DNA of 64,000 bases from an uncultured Poribacteria bacterium (GTDB taxonomy: Bacteria > Poribacteria > WGA-4E > WGA-3G), in contig OX638351.1 in NCBI GenBank assembly GCA_951813565.1, positions 2,144,001-2,208,000 on the forward strand, in the 5' to 3' direction. Below, one piece after another: positions 18,746 to 28,821 of this stretch; position 1 is the first letter of the stretch, and each line of letters opens with the position of its first letter. Below the pieces are notes generated by a model that saw only the letters and a program-made list of their open reading frames with translations, ran no database searches and was not told where the DNA came from. A program made the position numbers and the translations under genes.

Positions 18746-20404
18746 ATGAAAACAACATTTTGGGCCTACCGGAATTGGGCGATTCTGCTTGCTTTCGCTT
18801 TCTTAGTAGCAAGTTGCGCCACAGTCACAACGATAACAACTACCGATAGATACGTCCATTCAAGCACTAAACACTTGGATAGACATATTGATGCTGTGCT
18901 TAAACGAGAAGGACTTGAACCTTCAAGACAGACAAATGATACCGAATTTCTTAGGCGTATCTATTTAGATATGACAGGAAAGATTCCGACGCCGGAAGAG
19001 GTGTTAGATTTTGTTGACGACGGTTCTCCGAACAAACGTGCAAAGAAAATTGATGAACTTATTGGGAGCAAAGAATCTGTTGATTATTGGACACTGTTGT
19101 GGGTCAACTGGTTAATCGGTAGACGTGGCGATGGTGATGATCAACGCATCGGTTTGAATAGTTGGGTACGTGAAGCACTTGAGACGAACATGCCTTACAA
19201 TCAGTTTGTCAAAGAACTTGTCGCTGCCGATGGAGAAACAAAGGACAATGCAGCAGGCAATTACGTCCTACGTTATGAACGTTCACCGGTCTTTTTAACT
19301 TCTCACACTTCTCGCCTGTTTCTCGGTCTCCCGATGCAATGCGCTGAATGTCACGATCATAAGACGGAAGCTTGGTTACAGGAGGATTTCTACAGTATCG
19401 CCGCCTTCTTTACAGGTATTGAAAGCGAGGAAAAAGAAGAATTTCAAGGCATGGATATGATCGGTAATCCGAAGATGATGCAAAATATCCTTATCAAAAA
19501 CACGCCAAAACAGGACAGATCAATCTACGTCGAAAGCATGAAAGAATCTGTTCCACCGCGTTTCCTTGATGGCGCTGACTATAAAGGAGAACTTACCAAA
19601 AAACGTGAGGCACTCGCCGAATGGATGACCGCTAAAACAAACCCTTATTTTAGCAAAGCCATCGTCAATCGGATATGGAAACACTTTATGGGACGCGCTT
19701 TTGTTGAACCTATTGACGGATTCGGTGAAGAATATCCTCCCACTAATCCTGAACTATTAGCGTGGTTAGCTGAAGACTTTGTCATTCATGGATACGACTT
19801 GCAACATCTGATGCGGATTATTCTCAATTCTAAAACGTATCAGCGAAGTTCAGAGACGAATAAGAGGAACGAGGATGATGAAATTTATTACTCGCACGCC
19901 TATATGAAACCTTTGAGTGCTGAGCAATTCTTCTACTCTATGCTTCAAGCCACCGGTTTTGAAAGATTACAGCAAGTTAAAATGGAAGGTATCAATAGAC
20001 AAGGCGAAGATCGCGAGGGGATGCGACGAGATATTGAACAAAAGAAACGCGATCATCTCAACAAGTTTCTCTTTCTGCTTGATAACGGTGAGATGGAAGA
20101 GATTGAAGCGTTCAACGGAACAGTGCCACAAGCACTTATGATGATTAACGGACCTCTTGTGAACAACAGCGCGAATTATAAGGAACGCGGTAGTTTTATC
20201 AACTATGTCCTTGGTAATTGGCGAGATACGGTTGACAGGGTTCAGTTTATCTATCTCACTGTGCTGTCACGCAAACCGACTGGTAAAGAACAAACCTATT
20301 TCCAACGCTATTTAGATCGAAGTCTATACAGAGACAAAGACTTGGCTTATGAAGACCTCTATTGGGTTTTACTAAATTCAGCAGAATTTTCACTAAACCA
20401 TTAG
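18746..20404 (+). CDS. DUF1549/DUF1553 (PSD1-type) lipoprotein
   Basis: Lipobox LVASC; EFLRRIYLD, QCAECHDH, NPYF..VNRIW, PQALMMING, EDLYWVLLNSAEF. Confidence 0.88.
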   Translation: MKTTFWAYRNWAILLAFAFLVASCATVTTITTTDRYVHSSTKHLDRHIDAVLKREGLEPSRQTNDTEFLRRIYLDMTGKIPTPEEVLDFVDDGSPNKRAKKIDELIGSKESVDYWTLLWVNWLIGRRGDGDDQRIGLNSWVREALETNMPYNQFVKELVAADGETKDNAAGNYVLRYERSPVFLTSHTSRLFLGLPMQCAECHDHKTEAWLQEDFYSIAAFFTGIESEEKEEFQGMDMIGNPKMMQNILIKNTPKQDRSIYVESMKESVPPRFLDGADYKGELTKKREALAEWMTAKTNPYFSKAIVNRIWKHFMGRAFVEPIDGFGEEYPPTNPELLAWLAEDFVIHGYDLQHLMRIILNSKTYQRSSETNKRNEDDEIYYSHAYMKPLSAEQFFYSMLQATGFERLQQVKMEGINRQGEDREGMRRDIEQKKRDHLNKFLFLLDNGEMEEIEAFNGTVPQALMMINGPLVNNSANYKERGSFINYVLGNWRDTVDRVQFIYLTVLSRKPTGKEQTYFQRYLDRSLYRDKDLAYEDLYWVLLNSAEFSLNH

Positions 20405-20462
20405 AACGAGATATGCGGTTCGCTAATCCGGCGAACCGCTTCCGAAAAAGGAGTATTATCAA

Positions 20463-21182
20463 ATGAAAAGATATGGTATATTTGTCCTCTTATGTTGTTT
20501 TACCTTCGGCATTGCGACAGCTGCAATGGCACAACTGTATTTTGAGGATAATTTTGACAACGCAAACAAATCTGAAGATAAATGGGTTCCCTTGTGGGGT
20601 GAATGGGAATTTAAAGATAAAGAATATCATCAACTCTCAAACGATTCCAACTGCATGAGCATTGTTTCGGATGATTTTTGGGATGAGGATTGGAATGAGT
20701 ACACCTATGAAGTGCGTGGGAATAAAACCAGTGGTGCTGAAGGGTTCCTGATTATGTTCAGGTGCCAAGGCCCGATGGAACCACGGGGAAAGGCACTTAA
20801 AGAACACCCACCGCGCATGCAAAAGCAGGCAAGGTTAGAGTACTGGTGGAACCTCGGCGGTTGGGGAAATACCACTTCAAAAGTAGAGTCGTGGGGTGGT
20901 GTAGCAAGCCCGAACACTAACCACACTATCGAAACAGGGGAATGGTATAGCATCAAAATTGTTAATACCCCTACCAGTTACACGCTTTACCTCAACGATG
21001 AAAAAGTGGGTGAAACTATTAACGATGCGACCAGAGATGGTGTCGGACGAGTCGGCGTGGCAACGTGGTCTACCACTGCCAGATACGAGGATGTGCTCGT
21101 TTACGGACCTGACGGTCCGCTACCCGTTAATCCCAAAGGCAAAGTCGCAACCACTTGGGGATTCCTCAAAGCTGGTAGGTAA
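20463..21182 (+). CDS. Secreted ConA-like/DUF1080-like protein with conserved C-terminal tail
   Basis: Signal peptide (AMA-Q); GEWYSIKI, GRVGV; ends PVNPKGKVATTWGFLKAGR. Confidence 0.7.
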   Translation: MKRYGIFVLLCCFTFGIATAAMAQLYFEDNFDNANKSEDKWVPLWGEWEFKDKEYHQLSNDSNCMSIVSDDFWDEDWNEYTYEVRGNKTSGAEGFLIMFRCQGPMEPRGKALKEHPPRMQKQARLEYWWNLGGWGNTTSKVESWGGVASPNTNHTIETGEWYSIKIVNTPTSYTLYLNDEKVGETINDATRDGVGRVGVATWSTTARYEDVLVYGPDGPLPVNPKGKVATTWGFLKAGR

Positions 21183-21205
21183 GGTTATTTTACTTTAAAA
21201 GATTG

Positions 21206-21242
21206 AAGGCAGTGCCATTACAAATGGTCCTGCCTCTTTTTG
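21206..21242 (+). terminator. Intrinsic terminator
   Basis: AGGCAG..CCAT-loop-ATGG..CTGCCT followed by a T-run. Confidence 0.6.
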
Positions 21243-21431
21243 TCTTTCTATCAATTTTTCTTGTGGAAGGATTTGTAACCCCGATTTCAACAATGTATTC
21301 TGTAGGAGGGGTTTGTAACCCCGACTTTCTAAAAAGGCAAACTGAGCTGCTGTGGAGTTTGTTCTGTTGATGGAAATCGTTTATTCCCATTCAGGAGCGC
21401 GAGATAATCATCTTTATTCCTAAACATCTGT

Positions 21432-21668
21432 TTATCGATCGATCCTTTTTTGGATAACGAAACAAATAGCGCGTGCTTGGCAATTCAGCGAACGACTCGG
21501 ATTGAAGACGATGTCTGAAAAACCTTGAAACTTTTCAAGTTCTTCCATTAAGTCTTTCTTTTTTTGGTATAATGCCGTGATGTATAACCAGTCATAGAAA
21601 GCCGTTTTAGGTTCTGTAGGAAAGTCTTCTCCACAGAAGTTGAAAGCAATAAATCTGCCGAATCTCAT
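21432..21668 (-). pseudogene. Relic of a DUF6977 (DarT1-associated NADAR antitoxin-like) gene
   Basis: FPTEPKTAFYDWLY and FSDIVFNP..SLNCQAR; N-terminal part missing. Confidence 0.6.
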
Positions 21669-21701
21669 AAAGTCGGTGCTTGGAATAACGAATCGCTTAC
21701 T

Positions 21702-22745
21702 CTATCGATCCCCAACCTGCTCACGTACAGGCGGGTTCTCCAGTGATTCAGGTTCCGGACGTTGATCTAACCACCACGAAAACACAACTACCAAACACGC
21801 AAACACAATGGCACTGAGTGCCATCGGCATACCCACTGTTTTCTCCTCCTCAGTATCGCGTTCCGCCTGCATACGTATCCTGAATAGGGCAATAACACCT
21901 GACAATACGACAACAGCAGCCAATACAAGGTTCGCCTGCCATGGAACACTGAAAAGCACTGTAATGAGTGAAATCACAGCAACTGTCATACTCAATAAAG
22001 CAAATGAATTGTAAGGTGTGGTATCTACTTCTTTACTGACGGATAATTCGCTGTACTGACGCGGTGGCACAGGAACAGGAACATCATCTTGATATGTCAT
22101 CTCGATGAGCCGAATGAATTCAGCTAACAATTTCTCCTGCTGAATCCACTCATAAAGTGTTGGATATTCGTGTCGGAGAAGCATAACGAATTCTTGGCGT
22201 TGCGCACTAAAATCAGTAAACTCCTCCCAGTCGTTTTCTGCCACAGTGGTATAGGGTTCCGGACCAACGCGCAATTCATACCCTTTCCCTTCTACATAAA
22301 CAACACTACCGATATCTTCACGTTGTGCAAGTAATATTTCTCCAGAATCAGTTGTCAATTGTTGATCTTCCTCTGCAACAGCAGCCATGTCGCGTTGTTT
22401 TAGTGTTTCTGCCATCTCTGCAGATTGTGTTGTTACCTTATTACCAGCAATTGCAACGTCAATTTGACTTACTAGTTCAAGAGCAGTAACTTCATGCTCT
22501 GGTGCCACAAACAGGGCGGTTCGGCGTTCCCGTTTTACTTGTACAGGACGACAGCGAATCTGTTGCGCACCCAAAGTTGCCTGAATGAGTTTCACTTCCC
22601 ACTCATCGTTAGTGCGGTAAATCTCGACCCAATCGGAAGTATCACCAACTTCCTCACCTATGAATTCTGAAATCTGGTTCAATCTACCTTGGCTAACCTG
22701 TGCGTCCTGCAACGGATTACTCAGTTTGCCTCTTTCTCCATCCAT
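21702..22745 (-). CDS. Hypothetical membrane protein (N-terminal DUF2007-like segment, C-terminal TM helices)
   Basis: AAGGAG SD; WVEIYRTNDEWEVKLIQATL; hydrophobic helices near the C-terminus. Confidence 0.6.
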   Translation of the reverse strand: MDGERGKLSNPLQDAQVSQGRLNQISEFIGEEVGDTSDWVEIYRTNDEWEVKLIQATLGAQQIRCRPVQVKRERRTALFVAPEHEVTALELVSQIDVAIAGNKVTTQSAEMAETLKQRDMAAVAEEDQQLTTDSGEILLAQREDIGSVVYVEGKGYELRVGPEPYTTVAENDWEEFTDFSAQRQEFVMLLRHEYPTLYEWIQQEKLLAEFIRLIEMTYQDDVPVPVPPRQYSELSVSKEVDTTPYNSFALLSMTVAVISLITVLFSVPWQANLVLAAVVVLSGVIALFRIRMQAERDTEEEKTVGMPMALSAIVFACLVVVFSWWLDQRPEPESLENPPVREQVGDR

Positions 22746-22833
22746 TACGACTCCTTGACACAAGCATCGGATTGCAAGCAATGCTCAAAATTATTGTCCA
22801 TCTCAATTGTATATAACGTATGCTGAGTATAAA

Positions 22834-24039
22834 TTATGTCAGTAGTTCTGTATAAACTACTTCTGTCAAAGCCGTGTTCTTTTTGCTGCTAAACAAATGT
22901 TCCGCGCGCTGACGTGCCGCTTTTCCCATTTCTGCCAACTGTTCTCGATCAGCAGCGAGTTTTGCAATAGCAGACGCAATCGCCTTGGCATCCTCAGGCG
23001 GCACCAAAATTCCGGTTTCAGGTGTGACCAACTCTTTACTTCCACCAAGCGGCGTGGCAATAACCGGTTTGCCGACTGCCATCGCTTCAATAATGGTACG
23101 TGGGCATGCCTCTGGGATAATAGAAGGCACTAACACAATGTCAAGCAGCGTTGTAACCACGCGTGTATCAGATAAAAAACCGGTGAAAACCACAGAATCC
23201 TCAACCTCTAAATCAGCTACCTCTTGTTTTAGCGACGCCATATAATCGTGGTCTTTCTGGAAATAAGGTCCACCGACAATTAGTAGTTTGATATCAACCG
23301 CACTATTGAGAGAAGTCTTTTTCAATTCAGCCATCGCCCTCACAAGAAAATGGATACCCTTTTCCGGTGTTATCCGCGTCACAACACCCAACAGTATTGG
23401 CAGCGCCGACTCACTCTCTACAAGTTTAGTATTTTCCAAAAAGAGTTCTGATCGAAGAGCATCCACTTCTGCTTGTGATGCTTGAAAAGCCTCCAAATCC
23501 ACGCCGTTATAGATTAGCGTCTGCTTTGCTTCAGGCGCGAAATCCCAACGTGTTGCCTCCGATACCAGAATTACTCGACTTAGCAGCTTTTCACAAATCT
23601 TGTCCAGAATGCCGTAGGATGTTGCATAGCGTTTGTGCATTAGGATTGGGATGCGGTTCATTTTTGCTACGATGCCGCCAAGCAGTGCCACGGAAAGCGA
23701 ATTGGCATGGATAAGTGCAATTGCATGCTGCTTTACTACCCGATGGAGTTGCAGAATAACCCGCAGTTGCCGAAGATCATTGAACAAATCTTGGAACGTA
23801 AATCGCTTTACCTTGTCGGTTTTATTATGCGCTTCAGGAAGAGACAATGGAACAACTTGTGCGTCTGTCTTTGCCACTTCCGCCGCAAACGGACTTCCCC
23901 CAAGACAACCCACAAAAGGTGTCCAACGTTGTTTATCTAACAACTTTAACAGCAGTAGGAGACTTCGTTGTCCACCGCCAATGCCTGAACCGCTATCAAG
24001 ATATAGAATGTTGTATTTTGATGGATCGGGTGTTTTCAT
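22834..24039 (-). CDS. GT4-family glycosyltransferase
   Basis: IGGGQ, IYNGVD, RITPEKG, EACPRTIIEAMAVGKPVI. Confidence 0.9.
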   Translation of the reverse strand: MKTPDPSKYNILYLDSGSGIGGGQRSLLLLLKLLDKQRWTPFVGCLGGSPFAAEVAKTDAQVVPLSLPEAHNKTDKVKRFTFQDLFNDLRQLRVILQLHRVVKQHAIALIHANSLSVALLGGIVAKMNRIPILMHKRYATSYGILDKICEKLLSRVILVSEATRWDFAPEAKQTLIYNGVDLEAFQASQAEVDALRSELFLENTKLVESESALPILLGVVTRITPEKGIHFLVRAMAELKKTSLNSAVDIKLLIVGGPYFQKDHDYMASLKQEVADLEVEDSVVFTGFLSDTRVVTTLLDIVLVPSIIPEACPRTIIEAMAVGKPVIATPLGGSKELVTPETGILVPPEDAKAIASAIAKLAADREQLAEMGKAARQRAEHLFSSKKNTALTEVVYTELLT

Positions 24040-24427
24040 CTTCCCACGTAATATGAATCTTTATACAAGTATTGGGCAATCCATCTGTCATCCGCTCTGC
24101 CCACTCAATAATGCAGATACCGTCCCCTTCAACATACTCACCTAATCCAAGGTCGGCAATCTCCGCAGCAGTTTCAAGACGATACAGATCAATGTGATAG
24201 ATAGGAATTTTACCATTATATTCGTTTATGAGTATATAAGAAGGACTGCTGACAACCTCACCCGGCGCGATGCCAACACCACGCGCGATGCCTTGTGTTA
24301 AACACGTCTTGCCTGTCCCCAGATCACCGATTAGTGCGATAACGTCACCAGAGTTCAGTGTTTTGCCGAGTTTCTCTCCGAGAGTTTGTGTTTCCTGCGG
24401 ACTCTCTGTCCTAAATACCTTTTCCAT
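23996..24427 (-). CDS. tsaE: tRNA t6A biosynthesis ATPase
   Basis: GDLGTGKT, VSSPSY, YHIDLYRL, IIEWA. Confidence 0.93.
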   Translation of the reverse strand: MEKVFRTESPQETQTLGEKLGKTLNSGDVIALIGDLGTGKTCLTQGIARGVGIAPGEVVSSPSYILINEYNGKIPIYHIDLYRLETAAEIADLGLGEYVEGDGICIIEWAERMTDGLPNTCIKIHITWEDENTRSIKIQHSIS

Positions 24428-25956
24428 TACGCTCCTGCTGCACACCGCAAGATATCCTCTTGCGTCAAATTCTCATTGACAAATTCGCCTGTAATTCTGC
24501 CTTCATGTAATACCAATACCCGATCACTCATTCCTAAAATTTCTGGCAGCTCTGAAGATACTAACACGATAGCAACGCCTTCATCAGCAAGCTGCGCAGC
24601 CAAAATATGAATTTCTGCTTTTGCACCGACATCAATCCCGCGCGTAGGTTCATCAAGAAACAGTATCATCGGACGCGTCATCAACCATTTGCCTAAAACT
24701 ACTTTCTGTTGATTTCCACCGCTGAGCTGACGAACAGGCACATCAAGAGAAGGCATTTTAATGCGGAGCGAGTCAGCAGAGTGCATGCTTTTTTGATACT
24801 CTACTTGACGGTTGATTACACCAAACGATGTAATTTCTCCTGATGCACGTAGACTTGTAAGTGTCATGTTCCGAACGACATCGTTATCCAGAATAAGTCC
24901 ATACCGTTTCCGATCTTCGCTGACTAACGCCATTCCCTTCTGTATAGCATCGCGCGGTGAGCGAATATGGATACGTGTTCCATCTCTATAGACTTTTCCA
25001 TCCCATTTCCCTGAATACGCACCGAAGATAACATTAATAAGTTCTGTTCTGCCTGCCCCCATTAACCCAGCGATTCCAAGGATTTCACCTCGCCGCACAT
25101 CAAAGCTTATATTTTCAAGACGCGGTGGTTCTGAAGGGTAGGTGCTTAAATCTTCAATCCGTAATGCTACTTCTGCTTTTTCTGGTAATGGCGAAGTATG
25201 TTCACGCTCAGGAAAAAGTGTTGTCAACTCACGCCCGACCATCTGTGAAATCAGTATATCTTCGGTGCATTCATTAATTGATTGCGTTGCAACCGTTTTA
25301 CCATCGCGGAGCACAGTCACACGGTCAGCAATCTGAAATACCTCTTTGAGTTTGTGAGTAATATAGATACAAGTTACACCTTTATCCCTTATCTGTATTA
25401 GAATCTGTCGGAGAATATCTACTTCACTTTTAGTCAACGCCGCTGTCGGTTCATCAAGCACAAGCAATCTTGCATTGCGGGATAATGCCTTTGCTATTTC
25501 CACAAGTTGTTGTTGTCCAATACCGAGTTTATAGACTTGCCCTTTTAGCGGTATTTCCAATCCAAACTGTGCCAACAGCTGCCCCGCATCCTCATGCATG
25601 CGTGATTTGTCAATTATGCCGAATTTACGCGGTTCCTTGCCGAGATAGATATTCTCCGTAACCGTCATCTCTGGGATTAGTGCCAATTCCTGATGAATGA
25701 TAGCGATGCCCGCGTGTTCTGCATCGCGCACGTTACGGAAACGTTGTTCAACACCGTTAATATGTAGGTGTCCTTCATAAGTACCATACGGATGCACTGC
25801 GCCAAGCACTTTAATCAACGTTGATTTGCCCGCTCCATTCTCACCACAAAGCGCCTGGATTTCTCCAGAATGCACCTCAAAATTCACGTCATCTAACGCG
25901 CGCACACCGGGAAAATCTTTTGTGATTGCCTGCATGTTGAGAAGTGGGCCTGCCAT
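24427..25956 (-). CDS. CUT2 sugar ABC transporter ATP-binding protein (XylG-like)
   Basis: GENGAGKSTL, LDEPTAAL, LSGGNQQK, LDEPTRGIDVGAK; two ATPase domains. Confidence 0.9.
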   Translation of the reverse strand: MAGPLLNMQAITKDFPGVRALDDVNFEVHSGEIQALCGENGAGKSTLIKVLGAVHPYGTYEGHLHINGVEQRFRNVRDAEHAGIAIIHQELALIPEMTVTENIYLGKEPRKFGIIDKSRMHEDAGQLLAQFGLEIPLKGQVYKLGIGQQQLVEIAKALSRNARLLVLDEPTAALTKSEVDILRQILIQIRDKGVTCIYITHKLKEVFQIADRVTVLRDGKTVATQSINECTEDILISQMVGRELTTLFPEREHTSPLPEKAEVALRIEDLSTYPSEPPRLENISFDVRRGEILGIAGLMGAGRTELINVIFGAYSGKWDGKVYRDGTRIHIRSPRDAIQKGMALVSEDRKRYGLILDNDVVRNMTLTSLRASGEITSFGVINRQVEYQKSMHSADSLRIKMPSLDVPVRQLSGGNQQKVVLGKWLMTRPMILFLDEPTRGIDVGAKAEIHILAAQLADEGVAIVLVSSELPEILGMSDRVLVLHEGRITGEFVNENLTQEDILRCAAGA

Positions 25957-26051
25957 TTTTCGTTGATGCTCCAATACTGAGATTCTCGTTATTATAGCAG
26001 GATCAAGTGCTGGATTCAAGGTTTTTGTCGTTTACTATACTTCTGTTCATC

Positions 26052-26080
26052 TTGACTTTTCCGACATGTTGATATATAAT
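26052..26080 (+). promoter_or_regulatory. Sigma70-type promoter of the R-M operon
   Basis: TTGACT-17 nt-TATAAT. Confidence 0.65.
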
Positions 26081-26190
26081 ACCTCTATAACACAAGAATA
26101 TGGCAATATAGCGAAAAAATTATTAACAGATGTTGGACGTTCGGAAACATTGATACGAAAAAACAAACTGTTAGGAGCGATGTTCTAAAA

Positions 26191-27591
26191 ATGTTAACAA
26201 GAACTGACATTGAACATGAAAAGTTAAAAGATGACTCTCCATTTTTCAGGGCAGCCCTTGCACCGACCAACGAGGAACAACAGCTGCTTTTCACGCTTAA
26301 AAACCTCGGAAAACTGCCGGCAGGATTTGATGGACAATTGTTTGTACCTTTATTGGAACACCATAATCCGAAAATCCGATGCCTTGCCATAAAGAATGTC
26401 GGAAAGTTAAAAGACAGGCGTTTTTTACCGGAACTCGTCGCGTTTGCCAAAACCGAGAAAAACACACTCGCTCGCCGCGAAGCGGTATCAGCAATAGGCA
26501 GGCTCAAAACCGAAAATGCAATTCCGATTTTGACGCAATTTACCATGGATACTGATCCAAAGATTATACTGCAGGCACTGCGCGGGCTGCTTTACTTTAA
26601 AGAACATCCTAAAGTCCAATCAGCGTTAGCATCTCTTGCTGAACACCCTAATGAATTGATTCGGGAACAAATAGCGAGAGAACTGAAGGAGCATAGACAG
26701 ACAGAAACTTCCAAAACGCGAAACCATCCTGCCAGTCTGGACACACTTAAAAATGTAATGGTCCGTGCCGACGTTCAAGATGTGTTAAAAGTTATCCCAG
26801 ACGAGTCAATCCATCTTACTTTTACATCTCCACCGTATTACAATGCGCGCGACTATACCATTTTTCCGAGTTATAAGGCGTACCTTGATTTTCTGACTGC
26901 TGTATTCAAGGAAACGCACCGTATTACAAAAGAGGGACGTTTCTTTGTACTTAATACATCACCTATTATTGTGCCACGCATTAGCCGTGCTCATTCCAGC
27001 AAACGATATGCGATTCCTTACGACATTCACCCGCGCCTTACCAAAATCGGATGGGAGTTTATTGATGACATCGTATGGGTGAAACCTGAGTACGCTGCGA
27101 AAAATCGAAACGGTGGATTTTTCCAACATCGTAAACCCCTCGGTTACAAGGCTAATTCAGTCACTGAAAGCGTTATGGTGTACCGGAAAAAAACAGACAA
27201 ACTGATTGATTGGAATCTACGCCAGTATGATGACGAAACAATTGCTGCAAGCAAAGTTATGGGTGAGTATGAAAAAACGAACGTTTGGCAAATCAATCCA
27301 GCAACAGATAAAATTCATCCGGCAGTTTTTCCGCCTGAACTGGCTGCGCGCGTTATTCAGTTTTATTCTTTTAAAGGTGACCTTGTTTTTGACCCATTTG
27401 GGGGCAGTGGGACTGTCGGACACGTTGCTCTGGCTCATGAAAGATATTTTTTCCTCTGTGAAAAAGAGGCAGAATATATTGAACGGGCAAAACAGATGCT
27501 TGATACATCCTTATTTTCTACCACAAACCCTCGGACACTTTCACTTACTGAATTGGAATCTGATATAGCAGAGGAAACTCAAAAACTATGA
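26191..27591 (+). CDS. HEAT-repeat-fused amino (probably N4-cytosine) DNA methyltransferase, beta class
   Basis: N-terminal HEAT-like repeats (IRCLAIKNVGKL, ARREAVSAIGRL, IILQALRGL); TSPPY, HPAVFP, DPFGGSGT. Confidence 0.88.
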   Translation: MLTRTDIEHEKLKDDSPFFRAALAPTNEEQQLLFTLKNLGKLPAGFDGQLFVPLLEHHNPKIRCLAIKNVGKLKDRRFLPELVAFAKTEKNTLARREAVSAIGRLKTENAIPILTQFTMDTDPKIILQALRGLLYFKEHPKVQSALASLAEHPNELIREQIARELKEHRQTETSKTRNHPASLDTLKNVMVRADVQDVLKVIPDESIHLTFTSPPYYNARDYTIFPSYKAYLDFLTAVFKETHRITKEGRFFVLNTSPIIVPRISRAHSSKRYAIPYDIHPRLTKIGWEFIDDIVWVKPEYAAKNRNGGFFQHRKPLGYKANSVTESVMVYRKKTDKLIDWNLRQYDDETIAASKVMGEYEKTNVWQINPATDKIHPAVFPPELAARVIQFYSFKGDLVFDPFGGSGTVGHVALAHERYFFLCEKEAEYIERAKQMLDTSLFSTTNPRTLSLTELESDIAEETQKL

Positions 27592-28580
27592 CTGTTACTG
27601 GTGCCGTTATAAAAAATATCATTCGCAAACTTTTTGCAGGAGAGGATTATCGCACCGAAGTTCTGGCTTTGATTAATGCTAAGTTTTTGCAATATGCTGT
27701 AGACTTTTTCAAGCGTGTAGCTTGGGCAAAGCTGGATAATAAATCTGTAACAGTTGACTGGTACAAAAAGGAATTTCTCAATTCAGATTCATTCCGTCCA
27801 GAAGAAATTGCTATTCATTCAGGTCTAAATAAGAAAACAATTACAAATGCATACAATTCAGCTAAGAAACAAATTGTGTTAGAAGCATCCTTAGAACATT
27901 ATGATACTCTCTATAACGCTATTAACAGTTTGACTGAACAAGATGACCTTGATGTGACACTCACAATAAAATTTCGAGATGTTAGTGTTGATTTGAATGT
28001 TAATGAAAGTTTAATTGTTATCAATACACTCGCTGTTAAACGTTCTGCGCTCCGTGGAGCGTTTTGGAGCACATCAGGAAAACAGGTCGAAAAACCGTTA
28101 ATGGTGACGCTTTGTGCGCTTTTCCAAGTGCCGAAAAAGTGCTTTGACCAAAAGAATCTTCCAGAATCGGAACGCGAATCCGATTTTTATCTCTTTGATG
28201 AAACAGGTAAGGATTATCCTTGTGAAGTAAAGTTGATGGGAAAAGGCAACCCCGAAAGCGCTGATGCAGTGTTCGCTCGTGGTAGCCGCGTTCTTGTAGC
28301 TAATAAACTCTCTGATACTAACAAACAACAGATGGATAAAGATGGTATTCACTGGGTAGAACTTCAAACTCAAGATGGATACAAACGATTTGAACAAGTG
28401 TTAAAGGCACTGTCAATCCCTTGTAAACCTTTTACTGGAAATCTTGAAGAAGCGTTAGAAAAAATTTTATCTCTTATTCTTTCCGATGATGTTCAAGATT
28501 CTGTAACCCCAGAGATGGTTTTGCAGGAGAATCTACTGAGTAACAACTCCGACTCAGAATTATTGGTAGAATTTGACTGA
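27588..28580 (+). CDS. CfrBI-family type II restriction endonuclease
   Basis: RGAFWSTSGKQVEKPLM, RESDF, CEVKLMGKGNPESADA; ATGA coupling to the methyltransferase. Confidence 0.8.
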   Translation: MTVTGAVIKNIIRKLFAGEDYRTEVLALINAKFLQYAVDFFKRVAWAKLDNKSVTVDWYKKEFLNSDSFRPEEIAIHSGLNKKTITNAYNSAKKQIVLEASLEHYDTLYNAINSLTEQDDLDVTLTIKFRDVSVDLNVNESLIVINTLAVKRSALRGAFWSTSGKQVEKPLMVTLCALFQVPKKCFDQKNLPESERESDFYLFDETGKDYPCEVKLMGKGNPESADAVFARGSRVLVANKLSDTNKQQMDKDGIHWVELQTQDGYKRFEQVLKALSIPCKPFTGNLEEALEKILSLILSDDVQDSVTPEMVLQENLLSNNSDSELLVEFD

Positions 28581-28758
28581 AAATCTTGGATATTAATACT
28601 TCAATCCTATCGGTGGTCTACCTTTCATAGATGGCGAAACATAGTCGCAGAAGATGCACTAATATGGTTTCGTCATCTCGAAATAACCTTATTTGACAAA
28701 CAGCGATCTGAAAAAACACACATAAAACCGAATTTTATTTAACGAATGTAAATTTTTA

Positions 28759-28787
28759 TTGACTTATAATGAAAAATATGTTATGCT
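28759..28787 (+). promoter_or_regulatory. Sigma70-type promoter with extended -10
   Basis: TTGACT-17 nt-TATGCT with TG before the -10. Confidence 0.6.
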
Positions 28788-28821
28788 AAAATAATGATAC
28801 TAAAATTTACGGAGAAATACT

